64,000 bases of DNA, from positions 95,606,001 to 95,670,000 of the forward strand of contig CM052816.1 in assembly GCA_028534125.1 (NCBI GenBank), written 5' to 3'. The DNA is from Lama glama (Eukaryota). The translations under genes were made by a program, and so were the position numbers. Below, one piece after another: positions 48,491 to 62,757 of this stretch; the stretch's first letter is position 1; every line of letters starts with the position of its first letter. Below the pieces are notes generated by a model. The model did not search any database and was not told where the DNA came from. It saw only the letters and a list, made by a program, of their open reading frames with translations.

Positions 48491-49924
48491 AATTGTGTGA
48501 TCCCTTCTGAGGAATCAGAACTCCACCCCTCACCTCACCTCCCAGCTTTTCTTACCCTGCTCCTCTCCAAGAGAAAGTTATAGCTTGAAGGATAGCCCTA
48601 GTTAAGTAGGTGGGTGTGGAGCGGAAGACAAGAAGGCACCAAACCACTGAGCAGCCCGCTGCCGAGTGCGGAGCTGTCCTTGGTGGATGATGTGCCAGCA
48701 TCCTGCAGGCTTAGCGCCTCTTCCTTTTCTAGTTTCTTTAAGGTAAAAGGTGAGACCTGTAGCCCTCAGCATCACTGGGCCCTTTCTGGATTCTTTCTGA
48801 TGCCATGTGTACTTAAAGAAATTTGTGCAATTATTTTGTTATGCGATATATTTAAACCTTAGCCAGATAGATTTTACCTGAGCAAGAATCACTCTCTTAG
48901 AGAATTAAATTCTCTTTTAATGTTCCTATGCCACATTTAATAATCTTTGTGTCCCTCTACAGCATTTCTGGATTAGTAATCCACTCCATTTTTATACACA
49001 TTGGGTTGGAAAATTTGGAACTGCTATATATTTAGCAGGTCTCCAAAGGAAGTCCATTTTTAAGAAGAAAAAAAAAAAGAACAAAACTTTCTTCTACTAT
49101 AATTGAATTTTCTCTAAGGTTTTAACCACCATTATGGGGGATTGAGGGCTATAAAAACTTCTAAATTTTAGATATGCTGCAGTTAAACCAATAGACTAAA
49201 ACTTAGTTTGAATTATAGCTGTGAAACCGCATTATTCTAGAAATAATTCCAGTACAAATGCCATAAAAGTGATGATTTTTTTTTGTGATCTAGGCTTTCT
49301 TCCCCCAATTTCCTCTCGGATGGTCTTATGACATCTCATGGCAGTTTGAAACTGAATTATAAGTGGTAAGATGCATTAGTCAAACATTTATTCATATGCT
49401 TAAGTCAGTATTGATTAAAAATATTTAAAGTTTTCTATTTTGTCAATAATTTTAGGTTTCTGTTGGCATGGACTTCTGGGCTATGTTCTTGCCTTATCCC
49501 TGTTTATCGCCTCAATTTATCAATCAAGCATTAGTTACAGTTAATTGTCGTTCATTATGTCCCTTTAATATTGCCCAAAGAGAGTTAACTCCTACCTACC
49601 ATGTATTTTAGATGCTCTGTATGAGTTCCATGAGACCCAGGAATTAAGCTTAACTATTTGTGTGAGAAGATTGAGTCTCAAATATGTGATCTGAGGCCAC
49701 CCAGAAAGAAATGGAATTATTTAGGGCCAGAAAAAAGAAGTATGTAGGAAAAAGATCACCTGCTAACTTGAAAAGAGGTAAAATGTAAGGAGTGTCAGAT
49801 GAGTCACATATCAGATTGTTTAACTACAGACATTCTGTCAAAATTTCTTGACCCTGCAAGAGCATTTCATTAAATGAAGTGTGCAAATACCAGGAGTGGG
49901 ATTGCTGGATCATAGGTAAATTCT

Positions 49925-50375
49925 CCACAAAACCCCCAACAACAGGGTAAAGGGAGTTTCTGGGTTGGTGAACACATCGAGGTGTGGGAGGTTGTACATG
50001 AAAGTCTCTTTCCTCACCTGCCCCTCACAGCCTGCCCTGTGCCTCTCTTCCATTTGGCTGTTCCTGAGTTGTAGCCATTACAGTAAACCAAATAATAGTG
50101 AGTAAAGTGTTTTTCTGAGTTCTGCAAGCTGTTCTAGCAAATTATTGAGCCCGAGAAGGGGGATGGGAACTCTTCACTTATAGGCAGTTAGTTGGTCAAA
50201 AGTACCAGACTCACAAGAGGCCAGACTCGCAACTGGCATCTGCAGTGAGGGGCAGTCTTGTGGGACTGAGCCCTTAACCCGTGAATCTGTCTGACTCCGG
50301 GTACGTAGTGCTCAGATGGAATGGAAATGGAAATGGAAATGGAAGCCACACATTAGGTGTCAGAGTTTTGTAAGA
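49925..50375 (+). mobile_element. MER21-like LTR, 3' part
   Basis: ctgggttggtgaacacatcgaggtg...ctcttccatttggctgttcctgagttgta...cagtcttgtgggactgagcccttaacc. Confidence 0.8.
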
Positions 50376-50437
50376 AGAAGAAACAAGGGTTTTCTTTTAG
50401 CCTAGATATAGTGATGCTTCTGCCCTCTCAGTGGCTG

Positions 50438-50955
50438 TGTGAGGGTAGTTTTAGTTATAAGGGACAGAAACTGAATTTAATGCAACATATATTTCCCGTG
50501 TCAGGGAAGTCCAGGGCTGCCTAGGCTTGAGGGGCACATGCAGTGATGTCACAATGTGGCCTGTCTACCTTTTGAATCTGCTGCTCTGAGTCGCTTCATT
50601 CTCAAGCAGATTCTCCACGTGGTGGCAGAGGTGGTTGCTGGCACACCTGGGCTTAGGTCTTCCCAGTGATGCAGCTAGAAGTCCACAGAGAGTGTCTCTT
50701 TTCTGATGATTCCAACAAGATCGCTGTGGGGAGAGGGGCTGCCCGTCCAGCTCCCATGAGTGTCAGTCCCTGAAGTAATAGCTCTGCCCGGGGGCTTGGG
50801 TTTCTCTGGTGCACCAAACCCGAGTCATGTTCCCTCTCCTAGGGCGGGGGAAGAGGTTCACCTGTTGGAAGTTCCCCATAAGGGCTTCTGTTACTGGATA
50901 AAATGGAGGGAAGGCAAAGTGAGAGGATAAAACCCATAATTACAATAGTCCACCC
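50438..50955 (-). mobile_element. Old MLT1J/K-like LTR
   Basis: ttttagttataagggacagaaac...gcttcattctcaagcagattctccacgtggtggcag. Confidence 0.55.
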
Positions 50956-51789
50956 CAGCCACCTTCCAGAAGAAGCAGGAGACAGCTGCAGGTACCCAAC
51001 CACTGCCTTCATTTACTCAAGCCACCAAACTCACTGTTTCCTACCTTCAGTATTTTCTCTGATGAGAAGCGAGGTCAAGAGTGTCCCCTAATCAGCCTCA
51101 GTGACTCTTTTACACATCTGTACTCACGAGACACTGCTCATGATTTAGCTGAGGTTCAGTATTTATATTACTCGTGCTCGGAGTCAGTTAAATCCGTTTG
51201 GGATCTGAAATCATGACAGAACAGCAGGCCCTTAGGGCCGATGGCTGATACATGGACATGTCAGCACAGAAGAGGAAGCATCTCAGGGTTGACAGTGTCA
51301 TCCCCCCTGCCAGGTGAATGTTGTTTTGTGTTTAAGCCATTCTGTTGTTAAGAAACAGATAGTCTTCAGTCGAATTGCATGGAGAAGCAAAAATTGATTG
51401 TCAATAAGTTTGTGGCTTGGAATGTTATTACTCAGGATAAATTGTAAGGGGAAAATGGTCTTTATGAGAGTGTTGATATATTTTTAATAGAAACTCTCCA
51501 TCCCTGATACAGTAGATTATAAATATTTCCAAGGGGAAATGGTACAGTAGGTTTATCATATAAGTGCTTTATGCTGGTTTGAGTAAATTGAGTTTCTTCA
51601 GTGCCAGAAACTCTGAGAGTATTTACTAAACAAGAGACACAAACATCCTCTCTATCATTAAGACTTTAGGTCATTTGCATACTGGCCCATCATTTTTAAT
51701 TACTTGGAAAAGTGATGTGCTATTAGACTTCAGTCGTAGAGATGGAGAGGAAAAAAATCATTCTGTTGAAATTTGTCTCTCTATTTTCA

Positions 51790-51870
51790 GCTATGCATGT
51801 ATACTTCAGATTATTTTCTATTGTAGGTTATTACAAGACATTGAATATAGTTCCCTGTGCTGTACAGTAA
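51790..51870 (-). mobile_element. Short L1 3'UTR fragment
   Basis: ttcagattattttctattgtaggttattacaagacattgaatatagttccctgtgctgtacagta. Confidence 0.85.
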
Positions 51871-52589
51871 AATTCTTCACTTAGGGAGTCGACCTGGACA
51901 TGATGTAGTTTGTATTGACGCAGTGGTCTTTGATCTTGTTCTCCTCCATTTCTTTGGAAATTGGTTTATACCCAGTGGTGGCAGTGGGGCCTTCAAAGTC
52001 TGGTTATGCGGGCTGGAGGGCCACGAAGGAAGCAGAGGGAAGTTGGATGTCCACGGGGGAAAAGCAGGCAGCCGTCTATTTGCTCTGACCAGCTTTGCTA
52101 TGACATCCCTTTATCCAGTGTGTGTCCATGTGCCTGGAGGGGATGGACAGGGAAGACGAAGTTCCACCAAGGCAGCAAAGGGGCATCAAGCTCGTCTTAC
52201 TCCCTGGGGCTTGCCTGAACTGGAGCAAGGGGGAAAGCTAGGTGTGATGAAGCGTGGGAGAAACCCCCTTGGAAGTTGGGCAGTGTGGGCAGGGCTCTCC
52301 TGACCACCCACTGACTTCTCTGGATGCCCACAAAGGGGACGTAGGAGCTTCCAACTCAGAAATGGCCACTGAAGCCCAGGGGCCTCTCCCCTGTTTGTGG
52401 TGCAGAGCAGTGAGTCATACCACACACTCAGGCTGATGTAAGTCTCACGACGTGGCATCTGTCAGAAACGCTCAGATCCTCTGTCTGTAGTAGTTGAATA
52501 GGGTCTCCTATACAGAACTTTATGACAGTGGACGAAGGGATATGTTGAGAACAACTAGGTCTGTATTCCGAAGTGAGATAGATGAATAG

Positions 52590-52800
52590 AATAAATATGT
52601 GATTTATGAGATAGCATAATATTATAATATGTAATATTTGTAATATATTAATAGCTATGCCATACACATATATACTATATATTATATTACATATATAGTA
52701 TATGCAATATATAATATGTTAATGTGTTACATGTTACATGAATACACACATAATACAATGTTATTAATACATCTCTGCCATCTATACAGTATTATTTATG
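52590..52800. repeat. AT-rich low-complexity (TA-rich) tract
   Basis: ataatattataatatgtaat...atatatagtatatg. Confidence 0.8.
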
Positions 52801-52999
52801 ATATAGGTGATTGCACATGGATTTATTTATTGAGACACATACAACCATGTGGTGGGATGATTTTTGAGTAGATCGTCACTTAACCCACTGCAGCCCCTCT
52901 TCCTGCAGAGGTATTTCCCCAAGAGATGAATTTTATCTCATTTATACATTCTTTCTTTTACTCAAGAAGCAAATCTTTTCAATAAGGTCTCCTTCAGGC

Positions 53000-53183
53000 C
53001 AGTGGTTCTTGAACTGTGGCCCAGGACCGGCAGCGTGGGCCTCACCTGAGCACTTGTGAGAGATGCAGTTTCCAGGGCCCCGCACCAGCCCTGCTGGCTC
53101 AGGAAGGGATGCTGTGGTCCAGTGATCTGTGTCCCTGCAGGCCAGTTTGGGCATCCTGGGCATCTCAAGTTGGAGAGCTTCTG
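53000..53183. mobile_element. MER5A-like MITE
   Basis: cagtggttcttgaactgtggcccaggaccggcagc...cttgtgagagatgcag...caagttggagagcttctg. Confidence 0.75.
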
Positions 53184-53406
53184 CTGTGGAGCCAGGTGCT
53201 TTCAGAAGAAACTCGCTCTCTTCTCCAGGACTGTGTTCTGGTACCCTGGGAGATGTACAGTTTCCTGGTGCCAAGGGTTCAGCCCTGCCCTCCTCCCCCT
53301 CCTCCCATCCCAGGTGTGGAAGAGCTGTGAGCCCAGAGAAGCCCCAGCTCAGAACAGCTCCTCTGAGAGAAGCAGGGCTCTCAGCTGCTCAAATGCACTT
53401 TAGGAC

Positions 53407-53822
53407 GGTTGTGGGCTGAATCGTGCCCCTCCCCCATTCATATATTGAACCATCACCTCAGAAAGTGCTCTTATTTGGAGAGAAGGTCATTGCAGATATA
53501 ACTGGTTAGGTGGAGGTCATACTAGAACAAGGTAGGTCCCTCATTCAGGGTGACTGCAGTCCCATAAAAAGGGAAATTTGGGCACAGACATACAACCAGG
53601 GAAGACACAGTGTGAAGATGAAGGCAGAGACGGAATGCCAAAGATGGCCAACAAACTCCCAGGAAACAAGGAGAGAGGCTCTGTCACAGCCCCCGGCAGG
53701 AACCAGCCCTGCCAACACCGCCATCTTGGACTTCCAGCCTCCAGCTTGTGAGACAATACATTTCTGTGTTCAAGCCACCCAGTGTGGGGTCCTTTGTATG
53801 GAAGCCCGAGAAAACTAAAACA
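53407..53822 (+). mobile_element. MLT1B/C-like MaLR solo LTR
   Basis: tgtgggctgaatcgtgcccc...gtgaagatgaaggcagaga...ttggacttccagcctccagcttgtgagacaatacatttctg...ctaaaaca. Confidence 0.9.
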
Positions 53823-56419
53823 GGAGCATTTAGGGTTACTTTTCTTTTGATCTGGCCTGAGTTCTGAACAATTAACTTCAAGAGAACTTTTTGAGCACAA
53901 CCCATTTGTCAGCTGGGAACTGCCTTACAGCTGAGCAAAAGCTCTCTGTCATGTTGACAATTATTTGGGACATGCAGTTCTCAGTTCCTAAGAGTGTTCA
54001 AGATGATATTTTTAGTGAATTTTAAGTGATCTTAATATCTTAAAGCAGGTTGTCAAAAGAATAATATTTTAGGTTTTATGGCACTTTTGACCTCCTTCTC
54101 CTCCTTTATCTTTAATTCCTCTTAGAATTGCCCTTTATAAATGTTTTTCCCTTAGGATTTTTCATTTGTTGGAGCTACAAATCAATACAATTAGAAAAGT
54201 CTTAGCTGAAAATAAAAGTAAATTAATGTATATGTTGAAGGAACATTTTGTGCAATTTTTCTCTTCCAATTAGCCCAATTAGTCAGTGACATCTAGGATT
54301 GTCTTCCAGAAATAATTATGGGCCAAAAGTCCAGTTCTCAACTTTAATGAGTTGTTCCAAAAGAGCTGGTCTTCCTGCACAAATTGAGAATTACGAGATG
54401 TTCTGGGTAAGAATTCCAAGTGTTTATGCTCCTTCTTCCCCTTGCTCATTAATTTTTGTCAATTGAATTTAAGACTTTAAAAATTTTAAAGAAGTTATTT
54501 TTCCCTGGTTATATGAAACTGCCAAAAAAGTTTACATAGTATATTTTGCCTGCAGTACCTTTCAATATTAACCGTAAACACACACACACATTCACATCTT
54601 TTAATTCATAAATGGGCAAGATTAGCAAACCCAAGAGGAAAGTGATGATCTCTACCACTGGCACCTGTTCAGTGTGTACCTCACTTCTCAGTCTGCTTCT
54701 GAGAATAAGAATGTATTTCACAACCACAAAAACTTGGAACTAAGAAATGATGATTACGTTCTGCAGCCTGGTTTTTGGAGCTCGTCTTAATGAGGGAAAA
54801 GTACCGAGACGCATCTTCATAAAAAAGAGCTGCTTCCAAATGGTCACTAGGTGCCCGTCCCTTATCAGCCTGCAGGTGCCAACTGAAATCACTTTTTCTT
54901 TAATTCTCAAAGTGACGTGACTTCAAACCTCCCCTGCAGATCCCTGACCCCTTAAATGATTCCGTAGGTATTTGGAGGGATTTCTGTGTATTTGGGCTTT
55001 ATGTGTTCAGCTCTCCCATGACCTTCACCTCCAGTCTCATCTTCTTGTCACCACCCCACAGCCCCTGCTGTCATTGGCCCTCATCGGGAGTCCCCACTGT
55101 TGGACACAGTCTCCCTCTTTTGGTGAAGGCTAAAGGGCCACTACTCTGGCCATAGGAAGGGACATCCTGGCCCCCTTTGCTGTTCTGTCTCTAACATAAA
55201 CAATCCTTTCCTTTAGAGTCCATAGCACAGTCAAAGTCAGGTTGCATCACTAAGGTTCTGTTGCATGTCTGTGGGTAACAGAAGGGAAGTACAATGGCAA
55301 GAATAGTTTATGACTGTTATGAGGCATGGTTTTCAGGAATCACTCCCTTTACCCATTATATCCACACATTTGACGTCCAACCATTACAAAGTCAAAGAGA
55401 AGACAGTGATCCCCTTTATCACAGACTAAGATCCATCTCCAAAGTCTGTGTTCCGTGTTCCCAAAGGTACCTCTTCCCAGGGGGATGGATTCTGGGCATA
55501 TACACTCACTCCAGGCCAAAGTGCTCACCTCTCACCCCAGGGGCTCCCAGGATGATCATGTCAGAAGATGATTCCACATCAAGATACTCTCCAGGGTCCA
55601 GGAGAGTCCACGCAAATAACCCCAGCGTGCATGTTAACAGCCCAGTGCAGCTTTAGTCTTGCTGGGTCAAGCGTACTTCTTTTTCTAGTCCGCATTGCAG
55701 CAGGAGGGGGAGATCTATGTCTTTGAGACTTTCCTGAAGCTCCAAGCCTCAAGTTTGGAGCCCAGTGAGTTACTGAGAAAGATGAACTTATACCCTCAAT
55801 GAGCCTTAGCTTATTCACACCAAGCCAAGAATCACTTCTTTCATCTTCCCCCTCTGCCCTCCCAAGAGCACAGTTCAAACACAGTCCTATATGGTTGGAT
55901 TTGTATTGGGTCACCTCACAGTTTTCTCCTGGAACAATGGGCAGGAACTCACTTTACATCCATGGAGCTGGGAGGGTGCATCAAGAGACAGCGCTGCAGA
56001 TCCAGAGATTTAGAGTCCAGTTTCAGACAGGGCACCCTCATACACAAATATCCAGAGCTTGATTTCACAGGCTGTGTTGATCTTAACAAAAATCTTGTCA
56101 GGAGGCGAAAGGTCAATTTTCACTTTCACAAAGCTAAATGAAGAAGAGTTCATCTGAATCTGCAGTCGGCAAGGCCGTGCGTCAGGAGTTTCAGGGTGTA
56201 TGTTTGGACCTTGGATATGCTGTTCTCCACGATACCTCCCGGACAGTTTCATGTTCAAAAGTCCTAAATCCTAAAGAGGGTGACTAGTATACTGATTCTA
56301 TGTGTGAATACTGTTTTGTATTTCTTAACAAAGCTGATTTTTCTCCTAATTTTATATGTGTTGTACATACTTCCTCCCCAGAATAGTTTTATTTTGGGGA
56401 GGAGCACTCATTAATTACT

Positions 56420-57510
56420 ATCTTGATGATTGTAGCAGGATCAAGGGACTTCAGAGATGAGAGAGCCATGGTCCCCTCAATGGGTCATGGAATGATGGGA
56501 AAGCAGGTTCAAAAACAAACAATCATGACACAGTATAGACACTGTACTGGTGGAATTTATAAATACCTTGAAAACACAGCATATGGTGGAATTCTATTTG
56601 GCTAAGGTTCAGTGAAATCTAAAGGGAAGAAGTGTGTGTGTGTGTGTAATAGGAAGATGAGTAGGTTTTGCTAAGGTAGATTAACAGAGAAAGATTTTCT
56701 AAACATGGAAAGAATATGAGCAAAGCCCTGGAAATACCTGAGAAGGAACAGATTACCTGCTACAAGATTAGAAGACAGAGAGAGAATGAAATTAAGTCTG
56801 GAAAGACAAACTAGGGTCAGTTTGTGAAGGGTCTTTCATCTTATGTTGAGGAGTTCCTGGCTTCTTCTATAGGCAGTGCAAATTCTCAGGTACCTATGAG
56901 CTGGTGTGGTCTATATTCTGTGGCCAACAGAATAGGTGCTTCTTTCCTCAGGGTGCAGGGATATGGCTGAGAAGGGGCTGCAGGAGGGGCCACCGAAATG
57001 ATTCTCTCTAAAAGACGAGGGAAAGGAATATTGGGTTTCCTTGTCAAAAGCTGGATGTGCTATACTGGGCTGAAAGCACTGGGGAGAGGGCTGGTTCTTG
57101 ATGTAGATTTGGGAGTATCAGAGTATCAGAGTATAAGTGATGGACAAATGTTAGAAATGGGCTGGAAGAAATTCAAGGAATAGTAGTCTTTAGGAGGCAA
57201 CTAGATGAATAACATCCATGGCAGAGACCAAAAAAGTACAGTTAGAGATGTAGGAAGAGAGTCAGTTAATTGTGATGTGATCAAATGGAAGAAGGGAGAG
57301 TTTCAAAAAGCAAGAAAGGATCAAATGTATAGGAGGTCCAGAAAAATAGTAGAAAATCATCCAAGGATTTAGCAATAAAGAGCAAGAAGAAGTTTCTTTG
57401 AGGTGGAATGATTTTGGAGGGGAGAGGGGGTTGCAGGGGCTGAGAATGAAGGAGCAGGGGAACCCCTAGGTTCGAATGGAGACAATTATTCATAAATATT
57501 TAAGAGTGTG
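56420..57510 (-). mobile_element. Degraded LINE-2 fragments
   Basis: Purine-rich L2-like segments: gaatatgagcaaagccctgg, gggtcagtttgtgaagggtctt, tgtagatttgggagt, gagagtttcaaaaag, ggatttagcaata. Confidence 0.6.
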
Positions 57511-58150
57511 AATGACTATGTACACAAGGCTTCTTACATCTGTACTTATCCATTACTTCGAGCTAATTATGTGATCTGGGCAAAACAGATACCTCTGTTC
57601 CCCCTGTAAAGTGGCTTTCCTGTTGATGCTGGAATTTGCTGACCAGAAGAAGTAAGTGTCATGGTGAGTAAGGAATTCTCTTGTTGTGAATTAAGAAATC
57701 CTCATTTTTATTTAGGTATCAGTCTCTCAGGAACGGCTGGAGCCAGTTCCCAGGAGACCTCTGTGTACCTGGCAGAGCCCAGGACCAAGTGCCCAGTGCT
57801 GCTCTCGTGGGAGACTGGGTCCTACCCAGTCCTCCCAGCAGCTTCTGAATCTCTCTTCCTTGCACATGAAACGCTTGTCAGTCCTTTTCGTGAAGGATCT
57901 TGTGGGAAGAGTTTGAACCATTTGCATTTGTGGATTGTTGGCTTTTTTATTACCCGCATTCTGACTGTCTCCTGTTGCACAAGTAAGTGAGAAGAGCAGG
58001 TAACTTGGCAGCATTAGATACTGTTGTCTCTCCTGTGTTTCTGCGTCCTCTTCTGGTTTTGTTACTTTATGGTGGCATCTCATTATACCAAGACCTCCTC
58101 TAAGAAGTGACTTGTCATTAAAAAAATCATTTTAGCTGCAGCACGTGCCC

Positions 58151-58196
58151 GTGTGTGTGTGTGTGTGTGTGTGTGTGTCTGTGTGTGTGTGTGTGT
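58151..58196. repeat. (GT)n microsatellite, ~23 units with one interruption
   Basis: Direct observation. Confidence 0.95.
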
Positions 58197-58728
58197 AGGG
58201 TGGCTGTCACTGGTGGTACCTACATCTAACGTGGCCCTTCTCTTCCCCTCCCAGAAGTGTTGAGCGCAGGAGTCTCTTACCCTGAGCAAGTCCAGTTCCT
58301 ACCACTCTCAATCAAACTTCCCTTTCTCATTTGACTTGAGGGGCTCTTGTGCCCTGAATGTAATTTTTTTGTTCAATAAGCCTGACTCATAAATCCACTA
58401 GGAGTTATTAATGTTCTTGTGACTTTAGCTCCAGAGAGTGGCTGTATCTTGACCTATGATTCAGTAGATACCTTTCAAAGAGTCGAACACTGGAATTGCA
58501 GAGACACGATATTTATATACTTTCCTTCACCCAAGATTTCAAGGACAAAGGAGAAGGTGAATGCTTCCTGAAGGAAGTCTAAAGAACAAAGGATGTGAGT
58601 CATTTGAAGAGAATAAAGAGGCTATTGGGATATCATTCATAATTAATTTGGAGGACAATGGATATGAGACTGTTTTTGTCCAATGTATTATTACATTTTT
58701 GTACTTTTGTATTAAGATACTTTTCAAT

Positions 58729-59182
58729 TGTGTTAGAGTTCTCTGGGATATATGTATGTACAGTATATAATATACCATATATAATAATATAATATATATA
58801 TACTGGGAGGTCCAAAATCTGCAGTTCAAATCTGAAGGCCATCAGACTAGAGCCCCAGAAAAAATCCAATGTTGTATTTCAAGCCCAAAGGCTGTCCTGC
58901 TGCAGGGAAAGAGCTGATTCTGCAGTTCAAGACTGAAGGCTGTCTGCTGGCAGAATTCCCTCTTATTCCAGGGAGGTCAATCTTTTGTTCACTTAAGACC
59001 TTCAACTGATTGGATGAACAGATGCCCCACATTATGGACGGCAGTCTGCTTTATTCGTAGTCCACCAACTTAAATGCAAATCTCATCCCAGAAACACCAC
59101 TCCAGAAACACTCAGAATAGTATTGGATCATGTATCTGGGCACCAGGTCCAGCCAAATCGATACATAAAATGAACCCTCACA
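58729..59182 (-). mobile_element. MLT2-type (ERVL) solo LTR
   Basis: ctgaaggctgtctgctggcagaattccctctt...agaccttcaactgattggatga...atacataaaatgaaccctcaca terminus. Confidence 0.9.
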
Positions 59183-61164
59183 CTAACGCTCTCCTAAAGT
59201 GAGAAAGCATTTTGATTGGAATTACATTGGTAGCAGCTTTTTCACTTTTGACAGGGTGGTTGACTTCTCCTGCATAAATGGCAAAGAAGGGGCAGTCACG
59301 GGAAGCCATATTTAGGTGGAATAGTGGGGAAGTGTTCCCTTCTGGTGAGTCAGTGGGGGAGTTTGAATCTTAGAACCTGTTTGACTGCATTCAGTGTTAA
59401 GTTCATGAGCCCTACACGGCTACGTTTGTGTGTATGTCCAGCCTCAGGTAAACCTTCAGAAAACTTTGGCTTGAATGCAAGGATGCTTATCGGAAAGAAT
59501 GATCAGTTGGGTGACAATGCCATCTTATGTCAATTTGAATTTGAAACAGGATGTTCTAGAGTCTGTAACTTTCAACATTTTTATATGTAGCTTGAATAAG
59601 AATAGGCAGGTATGATTATTATAATTTTTGATGTCACAAATCTAGATTGGACAGTGGATAAGTCAGACCATAAACATAAGGATCCAGGATCATGGGGTGA
59701 AGAGAAAAATGAAAAACTGAATCTAAGTAGAAACTTACAGGAGCACATTGGTGACCCTACTCTTGGCTTCTCGAGTACGTCTGCAAACTGTTGGAAAGCA
59801 GAGTCATGGCTTAGTCATAGGGTGCGTGTAACAGAGACTTAGGAGACCTGAGGTGAGAATGGATTTGATGAATTTCCTGAGGCCAACTGGATGTACTGAG
59901 AAGCTTGAGCGGAGTGTACTTGTCAAGTCAGCATCACCCACTGGCGGAGGGTATGATGCTCACCAGAAAGTCGCAAAACAGTCACTGCTAGTCATAGTCT
60001 CACACAGCATTGCTGAAAGGGGCTTCCACGTAATAACTGCTGGAGTTGGGGTGCTCAGTGAGATATTTCCCTGTGATTTTTCTCATTACTGTCACATTAT
60101 TTAGAAGACAAGCACTCAGAATCTGTTTCCACAGTGGGAGCCTTTAGAGTACAAATCCATTTATGATGGCAAATGTATCTCTATTAGTATATTTTAGCTC
60201 AAGTCAATTATGTAAGTGCTTTGTAAGACTTTTATTTTGCCCAACGTTTCATCAGCATCAAGGATTTAAGAAGCTGTTTGATCTTTCCTTTTCTGAAACT
60301 CCTTTATAAGAGTGATGGGTTTACTAAAATTTACAGTGGAGCTAACCTGATTACTCTGAGCCATTTTAAGAGGATTAGACTATTCAGGGGAGGATGGATT
60401 CTAATCCCATGACTAATGTTTTAGCCAATACAGCACAATGCTTTTTGATTATGAAAATTGGTTAGTAACCATTTCAGTATGCACCATCCTGTTTTGCTTA
60501 TGACAAGCAGTACTGAAATGTTTCTGTTGGAACTTGGTTATAGATTAGCTCCATATCCCGGAATTAATCACTGTGTAGTAGGGCAACCTGCCATGTTGCA
60601 GGGGGGACCTGGGGGTAAAGTTCTTGGCCTGTTGACAATTGCAGGCCACTCATTATGTGCAAGTGTTTCCCATTATTTAATCAAGGTTGAACACAGAAGA
60701 TGGAGTGGGGTGGCGGTGGGAATAATCATCTCAGAGGGATCTATTCTTTTCCAGGATAGAATTGTCTCCAGCTTGAGGTTTCTAAATGTTTTTTTTTGCC
60801 TAAAAGAAAATAGCTTACTTGTGTTATTATTGTCACTGCGCTAAAACTTACCATGGATGTAAGCTTTAGGAAAGTGGTTAATTAACCAACATCGTAAGTG
60901 TAAAGGGATATCTTACAGATTTAGTAACCATATTTTTGGATCCAAAGGCTCTTGGTCTGATAAAATAAAACTCAGGGATACTTTTGTACTAAAGGAAATC
61001 TGGAAATGTGGCTTAGTTACCAAAATAGCAGATTTTCTGAGAGATGTTGAGTTTATGGAGACAGCAGAATAGAATATTTGAAACTGGGACTATATTAGTC
61101 AAACTAAACTCATGCTCTACCCTGACTCTCCCCCCCCACCTTGTCCCCTAATTGGACCCTTCAC

Positions 61165-62510
61165 CATTATCTACAAGTTCAAAGCACCACCAGGTAGCTC
61201 AAGCTAGAAAATGAGGCACCACCCGCGACATCTCCCCCTTGTAGAGCTCCTCTATCCAATCAGCTACCAAGTCGACTGAAAATACCTCCACCTCTGCACC
61301 ACCATCTTTTAAAAAAGTTTTTTTTTATTAATAGATTTTCTTTTTTAGAGCAGTTTTAGGTTTACAGAAAAATTAGGCGAAAAGTATGGAGAATTTCCCT
61401 AGTCTCCCCCCTCTTCCCTATTCTTAACCTCTTGCATCAGTGTGGTACATTTGTTACAGCAGATGAGCCAATATTGAAAAATTAACTGAAATCCATTGTT
61501 TACATTAGAGATCACTCTTTTTGTTGTTCAGTTCTATGTGCTTGGGCAAATATATAATGACGTGTATCCACCATAACAGTATCCTGTAGAATAGCTTCAC
61601 TGCCCTAAAATTCCCCTGTACTCCACCTATTCATTTTTTACCTCACTCTCCCCAGTCTCCTAGAAACCACTGATCTTCTCATGTCTCCAGTTTTGTCTTT
61701 TCCATAATGTCATATAGATGGAATCTCACAGTATGTAAGTTTTTCAGATTGGCTTCTTTCACTTAGCAGTATGCATTTATAGTTCCTTCATGTCTTTTCA
61801 GGACTTGATAGTCATTACTTTTCATCCCACTGTCTGGATTCCTACAGTTTGTTTAGCCATCCATCCATTGAAGGACATCTTAGTTGCTTCCAAGTTTTGG
61901 CAATTATGAATAAAACTTTTATAAACATCCATCACACCACTATCTTGGGTGAAGCCACAATCACATCTATGTGGACTATAGAACTAGCCGTCAAATTTGC
62001 CTCCCAAATTCCTCTTAGCTCCCTTCCACTCACTCTGTACATGGCAGAAGAATTCTGTTTTTAAATCATAAACGATCATGTTGTCCTGCCGTCTCCCATT
62101 CTCTGGGTGCCATGCAACCCTTCATTCAGTTACTTTAACCAAGGCTTCCCACCTTGGAGCTTGCATGCACATTTCCTCTGCTTGGATCCTCCTCCTCCCG
62201 CTTCCACCTCCCCAGTCTTTACCTCCCTGCCACCTAGTGATGCTTGAGCTCTCACAGTGATGGTAGATGCCCAGGCCTGTCTGGGTTGGGTCTCCCTACC
62301 ATCTGCTCACACAGCACCCAGTAACTCACACACTGTTGCACCACTGTGATGAAATAAAGAACTTTTAGTTGGCTTCTTTCATATGCTAGCCTGTAAGCTT
62401 CCCTGGGGGCAGACACTTTGTCCATTATGATATCTCTATATCAGAGCTTCACTGGGAGCCCACCGTATTGCAGGGACTTATTACATGTTTGTTGAATAGA
62501 AAAATAAATG
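61165..62510 (+). mobile_element. LINE-2 3' region, interrupted by L1
   Basis: caggtagctcaagctagaaaa...tatccaatcagctaccaagtc | ...ctagcctgtaagcttccctgggggcagac...catgtttgttgaatagaaaaataaatga. Confidence 0.7.
61309..61934 (-). mobile_element. L1MC1/2-like 3' end inserted in L2
   Basis: tttttagagcagttttaggtttacagaaaaatt...tggtacatttgttaca...gaaggacatcttagttgcttccaagttttggcaattatgaataaa; TSD caccac(c/t)atctt at 61297-61308 and 61935-61946. Confidence 0.9.
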
Positions 62511-62757
62511 AGAACCTGAGATGTGTGGTCACTGTGCCTGGGGGAGTGCTTATATGTGCTTGAAAGATCAGGAACCAAGAATATATGTGTAGTTTATGGC
62601 AGCATAATGGGAGTAAATATTAGCCCAACATGTTCCATCTCTTCCATTATCCATCCTCCCGTCTAGTACAGTCATTCCCTAAGGAAGTGGGTGTTAAGAG
62701 CAGAGAGTGGAGAAAGGCCGGTGGGTCTCTTTCTGGCTTGTGGGTTATGAAAACTGA

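Noticed and set aside
12665..54705. Scattered single TTCYNRGAA (GAS) motifs, e.g. near 12665, 23614, 30422, 54118 and 54697
   Set aside because: Several are expected by chance in 64 kb; only the duplicated pair has independent support
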